A program made the position numbers and the translations under genes. 64,000 bases of DNA from Capsulimonadaceae bacterium (GTDB lineage Bacteria; Armatimonadota; Armatimonadia; Armatimonadales; Capsulimonadaceae). This document shows positions 30,045-39,943 of this stretch, in pieces. The notes beneath the pieces are model-generated. The model saw nothing but the letters and a program-made list of their open reading frames with translations. It was not told where the DNA came from and did no database searches. The stretch is from the NCBI GenBank assembly GCA_965215505.1, contig OZ244065.1, positions 3,168,001 to 3,232,000 of the forward strand, given 5' to 3'. Each line of letters begins with the position of its first letter. Positions within the stretch are counted from its first letter, which is position 1.

Positions 30045-31004
30045 CTACCCACCCACCAGCAGGTTGACGCGCTTGTCGGACAGGCCGATGCGGGCAATCC
30101 GGCCGCTGTTGAATTCCAGGAAGTCGTCCTCGATGCCGTCGCTGAAGATGACGCCGCTCTGGGGCATCTGCGAGGTCACTTCCAGGCACTGGCCCGCCCC
30201 GATGTGGCCGAAGACCAGGCCCGCCGAGGAAACGCGCGTCTCGAACGGCTCGCGGACGCTGTAGCAGAGGGACTCGGCCTCCCAGTCGAAGCCGTAGCCG
30301 GTGCGCGCGGCCGTCACTTCGGCGCTTGGGGCCTTGCCGCCGGGGGCGAACGTGCCGACGATGCCAGCCGCGCCGGTCAGGACGGAGCGGAGCCAGCCGG
30401 TCGAGCCGGCCCCGGTCGAGACGATGATGCCGCTGGAGGACTGGTCTTCCGCCCGGTCCCCGAGGGACAGCCGGTAGCGGGCGGACTGGTGGGTGCGCCG
30501 GCCGAGGAACAGGTCGTTGACGGCGTCCAGCGTCTGGCCGTCGTTGAGGGTGACGCGGGCCATCGTGATGCGCTTCCGGCGCAGCTCGCCGCGCAAAGCC
30601 GACCGGAGCGGCCCGCCCGCCTCGCCCGCGCGGAACGGCAGCAGGACGCCGTCAATGCGGTCCGGGTCGGGGTTGACGGCGAACAGGGCTTGGCCGTCCA
30701 GGTACTTGGCCGTGTTGACGACCAGCCCGTCCGGGCCGACCGTCAGCACCAGGTCGTCCTCGCCGAAGAGGAAGGTGGGAACGAAAGCGCGCTCCACCCA
30801 CTGCGCCCGCGTCCCCGGTGGCAGGGCGTCCCTGACGCGGGCCAGGGCGTTTTGATAGGCCGCGTGCGAGGCTTCGTACTCGGCGAATGAGACGCCGCTG
30901 TGTTCCAAATAAAACCGGGCCTGCTCGCGCGTGTTGAACTGCTCGACCAGCTCCTCCAGCGCGGTCTTCTTGGTCACGATGACCACTTTGTCAACGATTG
31001 CCAT
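30045..31004 (-). CDS. NAD kinase-like protein
   Basis: GPDG (GGDG variant), AVND, SSGIIVSTGAGSTGW and FSDG motifs; coupled to the SPFH gene. Confidence 0.8.
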   Translation of the reverse strand: MAIVDKVVIVTKKTALEELVEQFNTREQARFYLEHSGVSFAEYEASHAAYQNALARVRDALPPGTRAQWVERAFVPTFLFGEDDLVLTVGPDGLVVNTAKYLDGQALFAVNPDPDRIDGVLLPFRAGEAGGPLRSALRGELRRKRITMARVTLNDGQTLDAVNDLFLGRRTHQSARYRLSLGDRAEDQSSSGIIVSTGAGSTGWLRSVLTGAAGIVGTFAPGGKAPSAEVTAARTGYGFDWEAESLCYSVREPFETRVSSAGLVFGHIGAGQCLEVTSQMPQSGVIFSDGIEDDFLEFNSGRIARIGLSDKRVNLLVGG

Positions 31005-31903
31005 CAGCGCGGCCCCCCAGTCTCCAGTAGTTGGGGGGCCGGCCCGTTGAGGAGCGAGGCCAGCGTCTCGGTCGTGATGTTCAGGCTGCCGATGCGCTCG
31101 GCGTTCGCGCCCATCTCCTTCAGGGCGAGCGCGAGGATGGCGCGCGGGTCCATCGCCTGGTAGACGGCCAGCGTCTTCTCGGCGGCCTGCGCCTGGTACT
31201 CCGCTTCCCGCAGGGCGTTCTCCCCTTCCAAGGCGATCAGCGCCCGCCGCTGTTCTTCCAGGGCGATCTCGGTCGCCCGCTCGCTCTCCTTGATCTTGCG
31301 CTCCTCGGCGACCGCCGCCCCGCGCCGGGCGTAGATGGCCTCGTCCGCCTGCCGCAGCAGAGTCTCCCGGTACTGCGCCTCCAGGGCGCGGGCGATCTCG
31401 GGCGTGGGCTTCGCAGCCAGGAAGTACAGGCTGGTCAGTTCGACGCCCAATGTCTGGAGCAAGGCCCCATCGCGGATGCGGGCCAGGGTCGCCCCGGCGA
31501 TCTCCTGGGACTGGCGCAGGGTCTCTTCCAGCGTCAGCCGCCCCAACTCGCGCCGCGTCTCCATCTGGATGATGTTGGCGATGCGCCCCGGCAGGCTCTC
31601 GGGGTCCCTGGCGGCATAGGCCGCGCGGCGCGGGTCGTAGGCAAAGTTGAGCTGGGCGGCGGCCTGGGCGGGGGCGGCGATGCGGTAGGTGAACTGGCCT
31701 TGCAGGGTGACGGACTGGAAGTTGTTGGTCAGCTCGTTGAAGACGAAATTGGCGTCCTGCGTGCTGGTCGGGACAACGACGATCTGCGTGTTGCGGGTGA
31801 GGTAGTAGAACGCTCGCCCAAGACCTTCCTTGGTGACGCGCCCGCCGACGTACTTGATGATGTAGTCGGTCGGCTGGCCTTTGAAGAATGATATTCCGAG
31901 CAT
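31004..31903 (-). CDS. SPFH / band 7 domain protein
   Basis: EGLGRAFYY, FQSVTLQGQFTYRI and a coiled-coil C-terminus (ADEAIYARR..AVAEERKIKE). Confidence 0.85.
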   Translation of the reverse strand: MLGISFFKGQPTDYIIKYVGGRVTKEGLGRAFYYLTRNTQIVVVPTSTQDANFVFNELTNNFQSVTLQGQFTYRIAAPAQAAAQLNFAYDPRRAAYAARDPESLPGRIANIIQMETRRELGRLTLEETLRQSQEIAGATLARIRDGALLQTLGVELTSLYFLAAKPTPEIARALEAQYRETLLRQADEAIYARRGAAVAEERKIKESERATEIALEEQRRALIALEGENALREAEYQAQAAEKTLAVYQAMDPRAILALALKEMGANAERIGSLNITTETLASLLNGPAPQLLETGGPR

Positions 31904-31917
31904 TTCCTATGCTCCTT

Positions 31918-32976
31918 TCAGTACGGCGGCAGGAGCCGCCGGAAGCCGTGCGCCAGGACGACGGCGGCGAAGAAGACGTTGCGCGCAACCAGTGCCTGGA
32001 ACGGCAGGGACAGGGGGCGCTGGGGCGTTCCGTCCGTGCAAACGGCGGCGAGCTGGTCGCCCAGCCGTGTCATCCAATGGACGGTGCGGGGCCATTCCCA
32101 CAGCGCGGCCCGCCACTCGGCGGGGATGGCGTCCGGGCCGACGCCCGCGCCGACGATGGCGCCCACGATGGCCCCGGTCGTGTCCGTATCGCCGCCGCAG
32201 TGGATGACGGCAAGCACGGCCTGCCGGTAGTCGCGCGGAAAGCAGAGCCAGGCGTGCAGGGCGACCGGCACGGTCTGGTAGACGTAGCCCGAGACGTAGC
32301 CGTCTGCCCCAATGGAGGCGGCAAAGTCCTGGGTCGTTTCGCCTGCCTGGGCGCTGGCCGCGGCGCGGCGGGCGAGGTCGAGGAACCCGGCGTCGTCCGC
32401 CCCGAGCAAATTCTCCATTGTCCGCAGGTAGGTTCCGGGCAGGTCATCGGTCGGCCGACTTGCCAGGTGGGCGGCGACTGCCACGGCAAGCGCGCCCACC
32501 TCGGCGCGCGGGTCTGTGTGGGTCAGCCGGGCCGAGGCGCGGACGAGGGCGCGCAGGCGGGCGAGGTCGTCGCCCCAGCAGACGCCGAGCAGGGCGCTCC
32601 GCATGGCGGGACCATTGCCCGCCGACCGGACGCCGCTCCGGGCGGGCGGCACGCCGACGGAGAGCTTCAAAGTCGCCCGCAGAGTCGCCCAGCCGACCCC
32701 CGCCGGCAGGCCGAGCAGCCACCCGCGCAGACGTCGGGCCAAGGCGCGGGTGAACGGGTCAGGGTCGCCGCCCGACTCGATGAGCGCCTGCGCGACGAGG
32801 CAGGTATGCTCGGTGTCGTCGGAGACCATGCCCCGGTGCCCCAGCAGGCGCGGGCCGCCCAGGAACGGGAACATGCGCGCCTGACGACGCCGGGGCAGCC
32901 CCTCGCAGGCCAGCCCGGCCGCATCGCCGACGGCGGTCCCCAGCAGGCAGCCGATGATCGCCCGTTCCCTGCTCAT
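31918..32976 (-). CDS. ADP-ribosylglycohydrolase (ARH/DraG family)
   Basis: GTAVGDAAG, SDDT, SAGNGPAMR, THTD and GGDTDT motifs. Confidence 0.92.
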   Translation of the reverse strand: MSRERAIIGCLLGTAVGDAAGLACEGLPRRRQARMFPFLGGPRLLGHRGMVSDDTEHTCLVAQALIESGGDPDPFTRALARRLRGWLLGLPAGVGWATLRATLKLSVGVPPARSGVRSAGNGPAMRSALLGVCWGDDLARLRALVRASARLTHTDPRAEVGALAVAVAAHLASRPTDDLPGTYLRTMENLLGADDAGFLDLARRAAASAQAGETTQDFAASIGADGYVSGYVYQTVPVALHAWLCFPRDYRQAVLAVIHCGGDTDTTGAIVGAIVGAGVGPDAIPAEWRAALWEWPRTVHWMTRLGDQLAAVCTDGTPQRPLSLPFQALVARNVFFAAVVLAHGFRRLLPPY

Positions 32977-33608
32977 GGCGTCAGCCCGATCTGGTCCCCC
33001 AATGCGGCGGGGACAGGGTAGACCTCCTCGCGCGGCGTCAGCAGCCCCGAGTAGTCGCCCGTACCAAGGTGGCGGCGCTGGTCGGTGACGAGGGGCGTGA
33101 TGTCTTCGATGCCGACGATCCACTCGCGAGCGTACCGAGCCAAGAATTCCCCGCGCAGGCCGAGTTGGATCGCCCGCCGCTCGACCTTGGCCCCGGACGG
33201 ATGGTGGTCGGGGTCCCATTGAGATCGCACCTGCGACCGCGCCGCCGCTTCCTTCCACTCGGCCTCGCTGCCGTAACGCGCCGGGTCAAAGGCGGACGGC
33301 ACGGATTCGGCGAGGATGATGTCGAAAGCCTCACGCCGGAGCGAGATGGCCAGCACGGTTTCCTGGTTCTCCTTAGTCGCCCACCGGCAGCGGTACATCA
33401 TCCAGAGGAAATTTGGCTTGATCCAGCTCATACGGGATAGCGAGAACGCGCCGCCGAACCGGCCCTGTTCGGCGGCAAAGCGGCCGATCTCCGAGCGGTA
33501 CGCCTGGTAGACGACGATTCGCTCAGCGTCGGACTGTGCTAGGATACGCCGCCCCTGCTTGGGCCAGCGCTCTGACTGTTGTAGGTATGGCTCCGTCGTC
33601 AGGTTCAT
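32973..33608 (-). CDS. DUF4291 family protein
   Basis: IVVYQAY, RMSWIKPNFLWMMYR, QWDPDH and RRAIQLGL motifs. Confidence 0.85.
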   Translation of the reverse strand: MNLTTEPYLQQSERWPKQGRRILAQSDAERIVVYQAYRSEIGRFAAEQGRFGGAFSLSRMSWIKPNFLWMMYRCRWATKENQETVLAISLRREAFDIILAESVPSAFDPARYGSEAEWKEAAARSQVRSQWDPDHHPSGAKVERRAIQLGLRGEFLARYAREWIVGIEDITPLVTDQRRHLGTGDYSGLLTPREEVYPVPAALGDQIGLTP

Positions 33609-34042
33609 CGCAGTGCGCTCCGGACTTCCGTCAGGACCTTGCCGAGCATGTTCTTCCCCGTCCCCTTCTCCCCGCAGCCCCAGTAGTAGTCGCCGGGGGC
33701 GTCCTCGATCAGCTCCTCGTCGCCCGTGCCGAGCAGGACGGCGCGGATGTCCGGGTTCTGCTCGAACTTGGCGCGGACGGCGCGGCGCATGACGTCGTCT
33801 TTGACCGCGTCCCAATCGGGGCGGAGGGGGCGGGCGCGGTCGTTGCCGATCTGCTTGGCGAGCATCGGCGCGGGCGCGATCTGTACGGCGTACTCGTGCG
33901 GCGTCCCGGCGAACTTCATGGCCTGAAAATAGTGTTCGACGGTCTGCCAAGGTTTCCCGTCCACCTCGAAGCTGTGAGGGGAGAAGTTGGAGAAGCACCC
34001 GTAGGGTTCATTGCGCTCCCGGTAAAACTTAATCGCCATCAT
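33605..34042 (-). CDS. NADAR (YbiA-like) N-glycosidase / ADP-ribose hydrolase
   Basis: FSNF, TVEHYFQAMKF, KFEQNP, LIED..DYYWG and GKNMLG motifs. Confidence 0.92.
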   Translation of the reverse strand: MMAIKFYRERNEPYGCFSNFSPHSFEVDGKPWQTVEHYFQAMKFAGTPHEYAVQIAPAPMLAKQIGNDRARPLRPDWDAVKDDVMRRAVRAKFEQNPDIRAVLLGTGDEELIEDAPGDYYWGCGEKGTGKNMLGKVLTEVRSALR

Positions 34043-34052
34043 CTTGTTGCCT

Positions 34053-34108
34053 TTCGTGTTTATATTACACAAACGCTATACCACAAGAAGACGTAAATAC
34101 AACACTAT
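34053..34108 (-). promoter_or_regulatory. Two NrtR-type operator boxes overlapping the NADAR-operon promoter
   Basis: AT-rich 21-bp imperfect palindromes TTTGTGTAATATAAACACGAA and ATAGTGTTGTATTTACGTCTT, with TTGTAT and TGgTATAGC promoter elements; adjacent to nrtR. Confidence 0.7.
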
Positions 34109-34210
34109 CTGAAAAAGTCCGGCCCGGCCCTGAAGGGCCGGGGACTTCGGGGCGGCACTTGACTGGCGGGCCAGGTGCGTGGCGGGCCGGGTGAGGCCCA
34201 CACGAGAGGT

Positions 34211-34912
34211 CTAGTCTTCGTTCGGGGTGAACTCGTAGAGCAGGGCGGGCCGGTGCTGGCCGCGCTGCTCCTGATCGGTGGCAGCGAGGCTGCCGGTCCC
34301 CAGGACCCACTTGCGGAAGTTACGCTTGTCGTAGGGGCGGCCCAGGAGGATCTCGTAGACCCCCTGCATCTGGGTGAGCGTGAAGCGGGTGGGGAGCAGG
34401 GCGCGGGCGACGTGCAGGTCCTTTTCGAGTCGGGCGCGCAGGGAGGAGAGGGCGTAGTCTAAAATAGCCTGGTGGTCGAAGGCCAGCGGGCCGGGCAGGG
34501 CGGACAGCGGGAACCAGCCCGCATCGGCGGCGTCGGTGTCGGCGCGCAGGGTGAGCCGGTCGCTGGGGATGAGGGCGGTGTGGGCGACGGTGATGACCCA
34601 GGTGCGCGGGTCGCGGCCGGGGTCGCCGAAGGCGCGGAGCTGTTCCAGGAAGACGTTCCCGACGCCGGTCTCCTCGGACAGTTCGCGCCGGGCGGCCTCC
34701 TCCAGCGTCTCCCCAGGCCGGACGAAGCCGCCGGGCAAGGCCCAGTGGCCCTCAAACGGCCAGACCTTGCGCTGGATGAGCAGAAGCTGGAGGCACCGGT
34801 CGCGGACGGTGAAGATGACGATGTCCACGGTGACGGAGGGGCGCGGGAAGGCGTTAGGGTCGTAGGGCGGGTCGGCCTGCGGGGGCGGGCTGGTGTCGGG
34901 CGTGGTGTGCAT
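34211..34912 (-). CDS. nrtR: NrtR transcriptional regulator (NUDIX + wHTH)
   Basis: WALPGGF..ETLEEAARRELSEETG, RDPR, LAFDH, FTLTQ, DKRNFRK and RPALLY motifs. Confidence 0.9.
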   Translation of the reverse strand: MHTTPDTSPPPQADPPYDPNAFPRPSVTVDIVIFTVRDRCLQLLLIQRKVWPFEGHWALPGGFVRPGETLEEAARRELSEETGVGNVFLEQLRAFGDPGRDPRTWVITVAHTALIPSDRLTLRADTDAADAGWFPLSALPGPLAFDHQAILDYALSSLRARLEKDLHVARALLPTRFTLTQMQGVYEILLGRPYDKRNFRKWVLGTGSLAATDQEQRGQHRPALLYEFTPNED

Positions 34913-34938
34913 GGGACACTTATTGTACCCTATGGCGG

Positions 34939-35886
34939 TCACACCTCATGTCCCCAGAAGTCACGCGCCAGCAGGGTGTTCGGGAAAACGGCCTGGGCCT
35001 CGGCCAGAAGCTCGCCTAGGCGGGACCCGGCATCGGACTCGTAGCGCGCGCTCAGGTGCGTCAGAATCAGAGTACCCACCCCGGCATCGCGGGCGACTTG
35101 GGCCGCGCCGGCCGCCGTGGAGTGGCCCGCGATGACCGCCCGGTCGGCCTGCTCGCTTAGGAAAGTCGCCTCGTGGACCAGGACGTCCGCACCCGCCGCG
35201 AGTTCCACGGCGGCGGGCGTCGGGGCGGTGTCGCCGCAGACCACGACCGTGCGGCCCGGACGGGGAGGGCCGACCAGCGTTGCGCCGTCAACGACTTGGC
35301 CGTCGGCCAGAGTCAGCGTCTCGCCGGCTTTGAGGCGGCCATAGAACGGGCCGGGCGGGATGCCCAGCGCCCGCGCCTGCTGGACGTCGAACGTGCCGGG
35401 GCGCGGCTTCTCGCGGACGGCGTAGCCGTAGGAGGCGACCCGGTGAGCCAGGCGGCGGCAGAAGACCTGCCGGTCGTCATCTTCAAAGATCAAGCCTTCC
35501 TGAACGGTCCGCACCGTCAGGGGGTAGCGCAGGCCCGTCCCGGTCAGGCGCAGTGTGACGCGCAGCCACTCCTCTAGGCCGGGCGGGCCGAAGATGGTCA
35601 CGGGAGTCTGGACGTCCTGGGCCGACGACCGGGAGGCGAGCAGTCCGGGCAGGCCGAAGACGTGGTCACCGTGCAGGTGCGTGACGTAGACGTGTTCGAG
35701 CTGGGACAGTCGGACCGGCGTCTGCATGTGGGCCGAGCGCAGGACCTGGTGCTGCGTCCCTTCGCCCGCGTCAAACAGCCAGAGCGCGCCGCGCTGGGTC
35801 CATTGGAGGGCCAGCGCGCTGACGTTGCGGGCCAGGCTGGGCGAACCGGCCCCGGTGCCCAAGAAGGTGAGTTTCAGGTCGGTCAT
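34939..35886 (-). CDS. rnz: Ribonuclease Z
   Basis: FLGTGAG, FDAGEGTQ, THLHGDH, exosite GIPPGP, HEATF, HST and THLSARY motifs. Confidence 0.93.
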   Translation of the reverse strand: MTDLKLTFLGTGAGSPSLARNVSALALQWTQRGALWLFDAGEGTQHQVLRSAHMQTPVRLSQLEHVYVTHLHGDHVFGLPGLLASRSSAQDVQTPVTIFGPPGLEEWLRVTLRLTGTGLRYPLTVRTVQEGLIFEDDDRQVFCRRLAHRVASYGYAVREKPRPGTFDVQQARALGIPPGPFYGRLKAGETLTLADGQVVDGATLVGPPRPGRTVVVCGDTAPTPAAVELAAGADVLVHEATFLSEQADRAVIAGHSTAAGAAQVARDAGVGTLILTHLSARYESDAGSRLGELLAEAQAVFPNTLLARDFWGHEV

Positions 35887-35893
35887 TTCCCGG

Positions 35894-38494
35894 TCATTGT
35901 ACCAGACCCGGCGCACCATCTGCGGTTACGTCTGCCGTCAGATCTACCGTCAGATCTACCGTCAGGTCCCAGGCCCAGTCGTCCCACCAGGCGTGTGAAA
36001 GGATGCGCGCGATCTCGTAATCCCTACCGTCGCCCCCCTCGTACAGCGGCAGGCCGAGCGCCGACGACAGATGCCGGTCGTACTCGGCGAACAGCGATTC
36101 CAGGGCAGGCTCGACACCCAGAGGGTACACGGAGAAGCAGACCAGCCGGTCGTCCTCGGCCACCGCGACGAGCTGACGGGCCAGGACGCTGCCGCGCGCG
36201 TCGCGGGCGTAGACCACTTGCTTGTTGATGTCCAGCGCCACGGCCGCCGCCGAGTGCGTGAAGGCCCCGCCCAGCCCGAGGCAGCTCCCGACGTAGGTGC
36301 CCATCTTCAGCACCTCTAAGGGGTCTGACTCGGTGGCGAGCGTCACCTGCCCCACTCCGTTCACCTCCTGTTCGTGCCTCACCCCTTGGAGCCATACGCG
36401 CCGGTCCAGGCGCGGGTGCGCGTCCAGCCAGCGCCGCGTCTGCGGGTGGTCCTCGATGTAGCGGGCCTGGCCATCCCAATAGGCCCGCAGGAATTTCCGC
36501 AGCGGACGCCGGTTGTCGTCCGCCAGCCGCTCCATTTGAAGCGCGTGCGTGACCAGCCCCGGTTCTGCCTCGACCGGATATCCCTCTCCCAATGTCTTCA
36601 GCGCGGCCCGTTCAAGCATCTCCAGCCCGGCCCGCAACATTTGCGCCCCCATTTGCGCCGATGCCCGCTCCAATGACACCGGCGCGAGTGTCCTTGCCCC
36701 GGCCAGGTGTTCGCGCAGCTTCGGCGGGACCGGGTGGAAGACCTCCGGGTCCCGGTGCGCCTCCACCAGAGCCGCCGCGTCCTCCGGGGGCAGGGCGGCT
36801 AGATCCTGGGCGAAGAACGGGGACGTGCGGAACGGGGAGGTGACGGACTCGCGCACCGGCGCGGGCAGGCAGCCCAGCAGTTTCGCGACTTTGAACAGGA
36901 GGGCCGGGTAAGCCTCGAAACAGCGTACACTGAAATCGGGCAGAGTCCGGGTGAGCGTATAGGTGCCTCGCCCGATCAGTCCGGTATCGTTCGCGCGGCG
37001 GCAGGCCTCTTCCAGCCGCCGGAAGCTGGCGTCGGGGGCGTTCAGGAACCGCTCACGGAGCGGCGAAGACAGCTCGGCCAGGAAATCCGTCGTGACCTCG
37101 CACGGGTCGGACCTCTTGGCGAAGGGCGGGCGGCAGAGGCGCGGGATCAGGGCGAAGGCCGCCGGTAGATTAGCCTGAAGTTCGGCGGGCGTGTCCCACT
37201 GCCACAGGTACTCGATCAGGTGCCACACGCATTTCTCCTGGAACTCTTCCGGGATGCCCCGCAGCGTCGCCCCGAGTGCCCCAAGGTGCCGGCGCGCGGC
37301 CTGCCATTTGGCCTCCGCCTGTTCCTCGGGGAGATCGCCCCAATTGTCCCAGGACGCCGCAAAAAGTCGGAGACAGCGGTAGGCGACGTCCGGCGCGAAT
37401 CCCGTCCAGTCCGTCTTTTCCAGACACTCGCCCATGCCAGGCCGCAGGCCGCACTGCTCCCAGAGGGTCAGCAGCAGTCCCGAGTAGAACTTCTGACAGG
37501 CGCGGCAGTGCGCCCCCCACCGGCGGATCATCGGCGCGGGAAAGTAGCCGCTCCGCCGGACCGCATGGAAGGTGTGGGGCTGCCCGTGCGCGTCGGCGAG
37601 GCGGTAGCCCGCCATCAGATACTCGGGCGCGATCCCACTCATCAGGCCGTGCAGGAGCCAATATGCCCGGTACAGCGGGTCCGTGCCGGTCAGGGCCTCC
37701 GCCAAGTGTTCCGCGAAGGACGGCGGCAGGTCTTGGACGGGGACGGCATGCGCGCCGGACGCGGCCAGCAGAGACAGCAGCGGCGTCCACATCTCTCGGG
37801 GCAGCGCGGCGGCGAACCGGCACCAGGCGGCGGTGTTCGGGCCGCATTGCGGGCTGAACAGGCATACGGCGGCGGCAAGCCGCGCCGGGTCCTGGTCTAA
37901 TCCCAAAGCCCAATAGAGCGCCAGAGCCTCGGAGACTTCGGCGGGCGCTCGGCGGCGGACGAGGGGGTACAAAGAGGTGCGAAAAGGTTCCGGCAGCCGG
38001 GCCTCCGCCGCCCACTGCGCCGCCTCCGCTTCGCTCAGGAGGTCCAGGCGCAGGGTCCCGCACAATGCAGGCCGCAGGTCAACGGGCACAACCCCCTTTT
38101 CTTTGGGCGGTTTGTGCTTGGTGCCCTGATAGGCCCGTGGATGCGCCGCCGTCGGCCTGACGCGCCGCTCCTGCACGAGTACGGGCAGGGCGGGGTGAGC
38201 ATCCGGAGCCGGTCTGCCCAGCACGGTTTCGGCCAGCACCAGCCGCAGATCGGTAAGCGTGTCAGCCGAAGGCGGCCCCGAGACGCGGCCCAGCGCGACC
38301 CAGGCCGCCGCGAGCTGCGCCTTGGATGGGAACAAGCCTGGTTCCAACGCGGCCAGCGGGCACTCGACGATCTTATGCCAGTTGCCCGTCTCGGCGGCCC
38401 GCGCGGCGGCCTCGCGCGAGCTGAAATCGGGGGCGATAAGCAGCCGCGCCGTCAGCGCGCCGCTTTCACGAATGATGCCGATGAGCCTGTTCAT
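35894..38494 (-). CDS. Large hypothetical protein with a C-terminal MG..GSCL..NKQVVYAR domain
   Basis: 866-aa ORF 7 bp downstream of the AAA gene; the 3' end has a 12-bp tandem repeat encoding DLTV. Confidence 0.75.
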   Translation of the reverse strand: MNRLIGIIRESGALTARLLIAPDFSSREAAARAAETGNWHKIVECPLAALEPGLFPSKAQLAAAWVALGRVSGPPSADTLTDLRLVLAETVLGRPAPDAHPALPVLVQERRVRPTAAHPRAYQGTKHKPPKEKGVVPVDLRPALCGTLRLDLLSEAEAAQWAAEARLPEPFRTSLYPLVRRRAPAEVSEALALYWALGLDQDPARLAAAVCLFSPQCGPNTAAWCRFAAALPREMWTPLLSLLAASGAHAVPVQDLPPSFAEHLAEALTGTDPLYRAYWLLHGLMSGIAPEYLMAGYRLADAHGQPHTFHAVRRSGYFPAPMIRRWGAHCRACQKFYSGLLLTLWEQCGLRPGMGECLEKTDWTGFAPDVAYRCLRLFAASWDNWGDLPEEQAEAKWQAARRHLGALGATLRGIPEEFQEKCVWHLIEYLWQWDTPAELQANLPAAFALIPRLCRPPFAKRSDPCEVTTDFLAELSSPLRERFLNAPDASFRRLEEACRRANDTGLIGRGTYTLTRTLPDFSVRCFEAYPALLFKVAKLLGCLPAPVRESVTSPFRTSPFFAQDLAALPPEDAAALVEAHRDPEVFHPVPPKLREHLAGARTLAPVSLERASAQMGAQMLRAGLEMLERAALKTLGEGYPVEAEPGLVTHALQMERLADDNRRPLRKFLRAYWDGQARYIEDHPQTRRWLDAHPRLDRRVWLQGVRHEQEVNGVGQVTLATESDPLEVLKMGTYVGSCLGLGGAFTHSAAAVALDINKQVVYARDARGSVLARQLVAVAEDDRLVCFSVYPLGVEPALESLFAEYDRHLSSALGLPLYEGGDGRDYEIARILSHAWWDDWAWDLTVDLTVDLTADVTADGAPGLVQ

Positions 38495-38501
38495 GGGTGT
38501 C

Positions 38502-39809
38502 TCAGTGCCGGAAGCCCAGTACTCCGCTGCCGGCCGACATCTCGGCCAGGGCCTCGGGGTCTTCCATGCGCTTCAGGTGCGCGCGCAGCTCGTCCACCTG
38601 GGTCAGTACCGAACGGGCGAACCGGTCATCCAGCGTCGCCGCGCCCTCCTGGGCCTGCTGCAAGGCGGCGGACAGGAACGCCTCCTTCAGATAGGCGGGC
38701 GTGAAGCCCTCCGTCCGCGCCGCCACGTCCTGCGCCAGTGTTTCCACGTCCAGCGACGGGGACAGGCGCGGGGCCAGGGCGGAGCGGGCCAGCAGGCGGC
38801 GGCCATATTCGGCGCGCTCCTCCGGTCCGGGCAGGCCGATGTGGAAGACGCGGTCGAAGCGGGAAGGCCGCTTCAGCAGCGCCTCGTCTATCTTGCCGGG
38901 GTGGTTGGACGACGCGATGATGAGCAGGCCGTCGTTGCTCCCAAAGCCGTCCAACTCGTTCAGGAAGACCGTCCGGTTCTGGTCGTTGACGAACCCGTCC
39001 ATGTCTTCCAGGGCGAGGATGCAGGGCGAGAGCACGCGGGCGCGCTCGAAGATGGTCCGCATCACCTCGCGCCGGCTGCCGTCCCGGTCCAGGTCGCGCA
39101 CATACAAAAACGGCAGGTCCGGGAGTGCGGCGGCGGCGGCCTTGCACACCATCGTCTTGCCCGTTCCGGGCGGCCCGATCAGCAGGACGCCGCGCTTCCA
39201 GGCGAAGCCCAGGGCGGTGAACGCCTCCCGGTGGTGGTAGAAGCCCTCCACGGCCTCGCGGACGCGCGCCAGCGTCGCGGGGGGCAGGACGATGTCGTCC
39301 CAGGTGACCTTGCCGATCTCCGCGTCCATGTCCGGCGCGTTCTCCCACCCCTGCGAGTAGCGCAGGCAGCGCCCCGCCGGGCGGTTGGTGTAGGCGATGA
39401 GTTCCTGCCCGAAGCGCCGCAGGGCCTCGGCACTGCGCCCGATGCAGACGACGTTCTCGCTCTCGTAGGAGCCGGGCGTCAGGACGACCTCCAAGGTTTC
39501 GCCCGCCCATTCCACCGCCAGCCAGCCCAGCCGCAGGTGTGCCCGCCCGCGCGCCTCGGTGTAGAACTCGCCCGAGCCGGGCAGCAGGCTCCGCAGCCCC
39601 GTGGCCTTCTCCTCCAGGAACTTCAATAATTGCGGGCGGTCCGGCCACAGCACCAGGGTCGCCGCCGTGGGCATGGCGCGGCGTATCTCGCGCACCAGCG
39701 CCTCCAAATACTCCGCGTTCTCGAACCCGCGCAGGGTCTCGTTCATCGCCTCGTGCCGCCACCCGGCGGGCTGGTCTTTGTCTAGCGGATCGGTTTCTGA
39801 TGGTTCCAT
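38502..39809 (-). CDS. AAA+ ATPase, paralog 1
   Basis: RGVLLIGPPGTGKT, LALEDMD, FLNELDG and RPSRFD motifs; start uncertain. Confidence 0.9.
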   Translation of the reverse strand: MEPSETDPLDKDQPAGWRHEAMNETLRGFENAEYLEALVREIRRAMPTAATLVLWPDRPQLLKFLEEKATGLRSLLPGSGEFYTEARGRAHLRLGWLAVEWAGETLEVVLTPGSYESENVVCIGRSAEALRRFGQELIAYTNRPAGRCLRYSQGWENAPDMDAEIGKVTWDDIVLPPATLARVREAVEGFYHHREAFTALGFAWKRGVLLIGPPGTGKTMVCKAAAAALPDLPFLYVRDLDRDGSRREVMRTIFERARVLSPCILALEDMDGFVNDQNRTVFLNELDGFGSNDGLLIIASSNHPGKIDEALLKRPSRFDRVFHIGLPGPEERAEYGRRLLARSALAPRLSPSLDVETLAQDVAARTEGFTPAYLKEAFLSAALQQAQEGAATLDDRFARSVLTQVDELRAHLKRMEDPEALAEMSAGSGVLGFRH

Positions 39810-39943
39810 AATTGTATCGAAGTGGTTGTCGCACACCCATCAAGAAGGGCACACCCATCAAGAAGGGCGAACACAAGGTTCGCCCTCCGTCTTATACGAT
39901 CCGGTCCCGACATCTGCTCAGGACGCCGCGCAAATCAGTAGGG

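Noticed and set aside
30045-31988. 647-aa ORF as a fused kinase
   Set aside because: The extension overlaps the SPFH gene in another frame; the real start is at 31004
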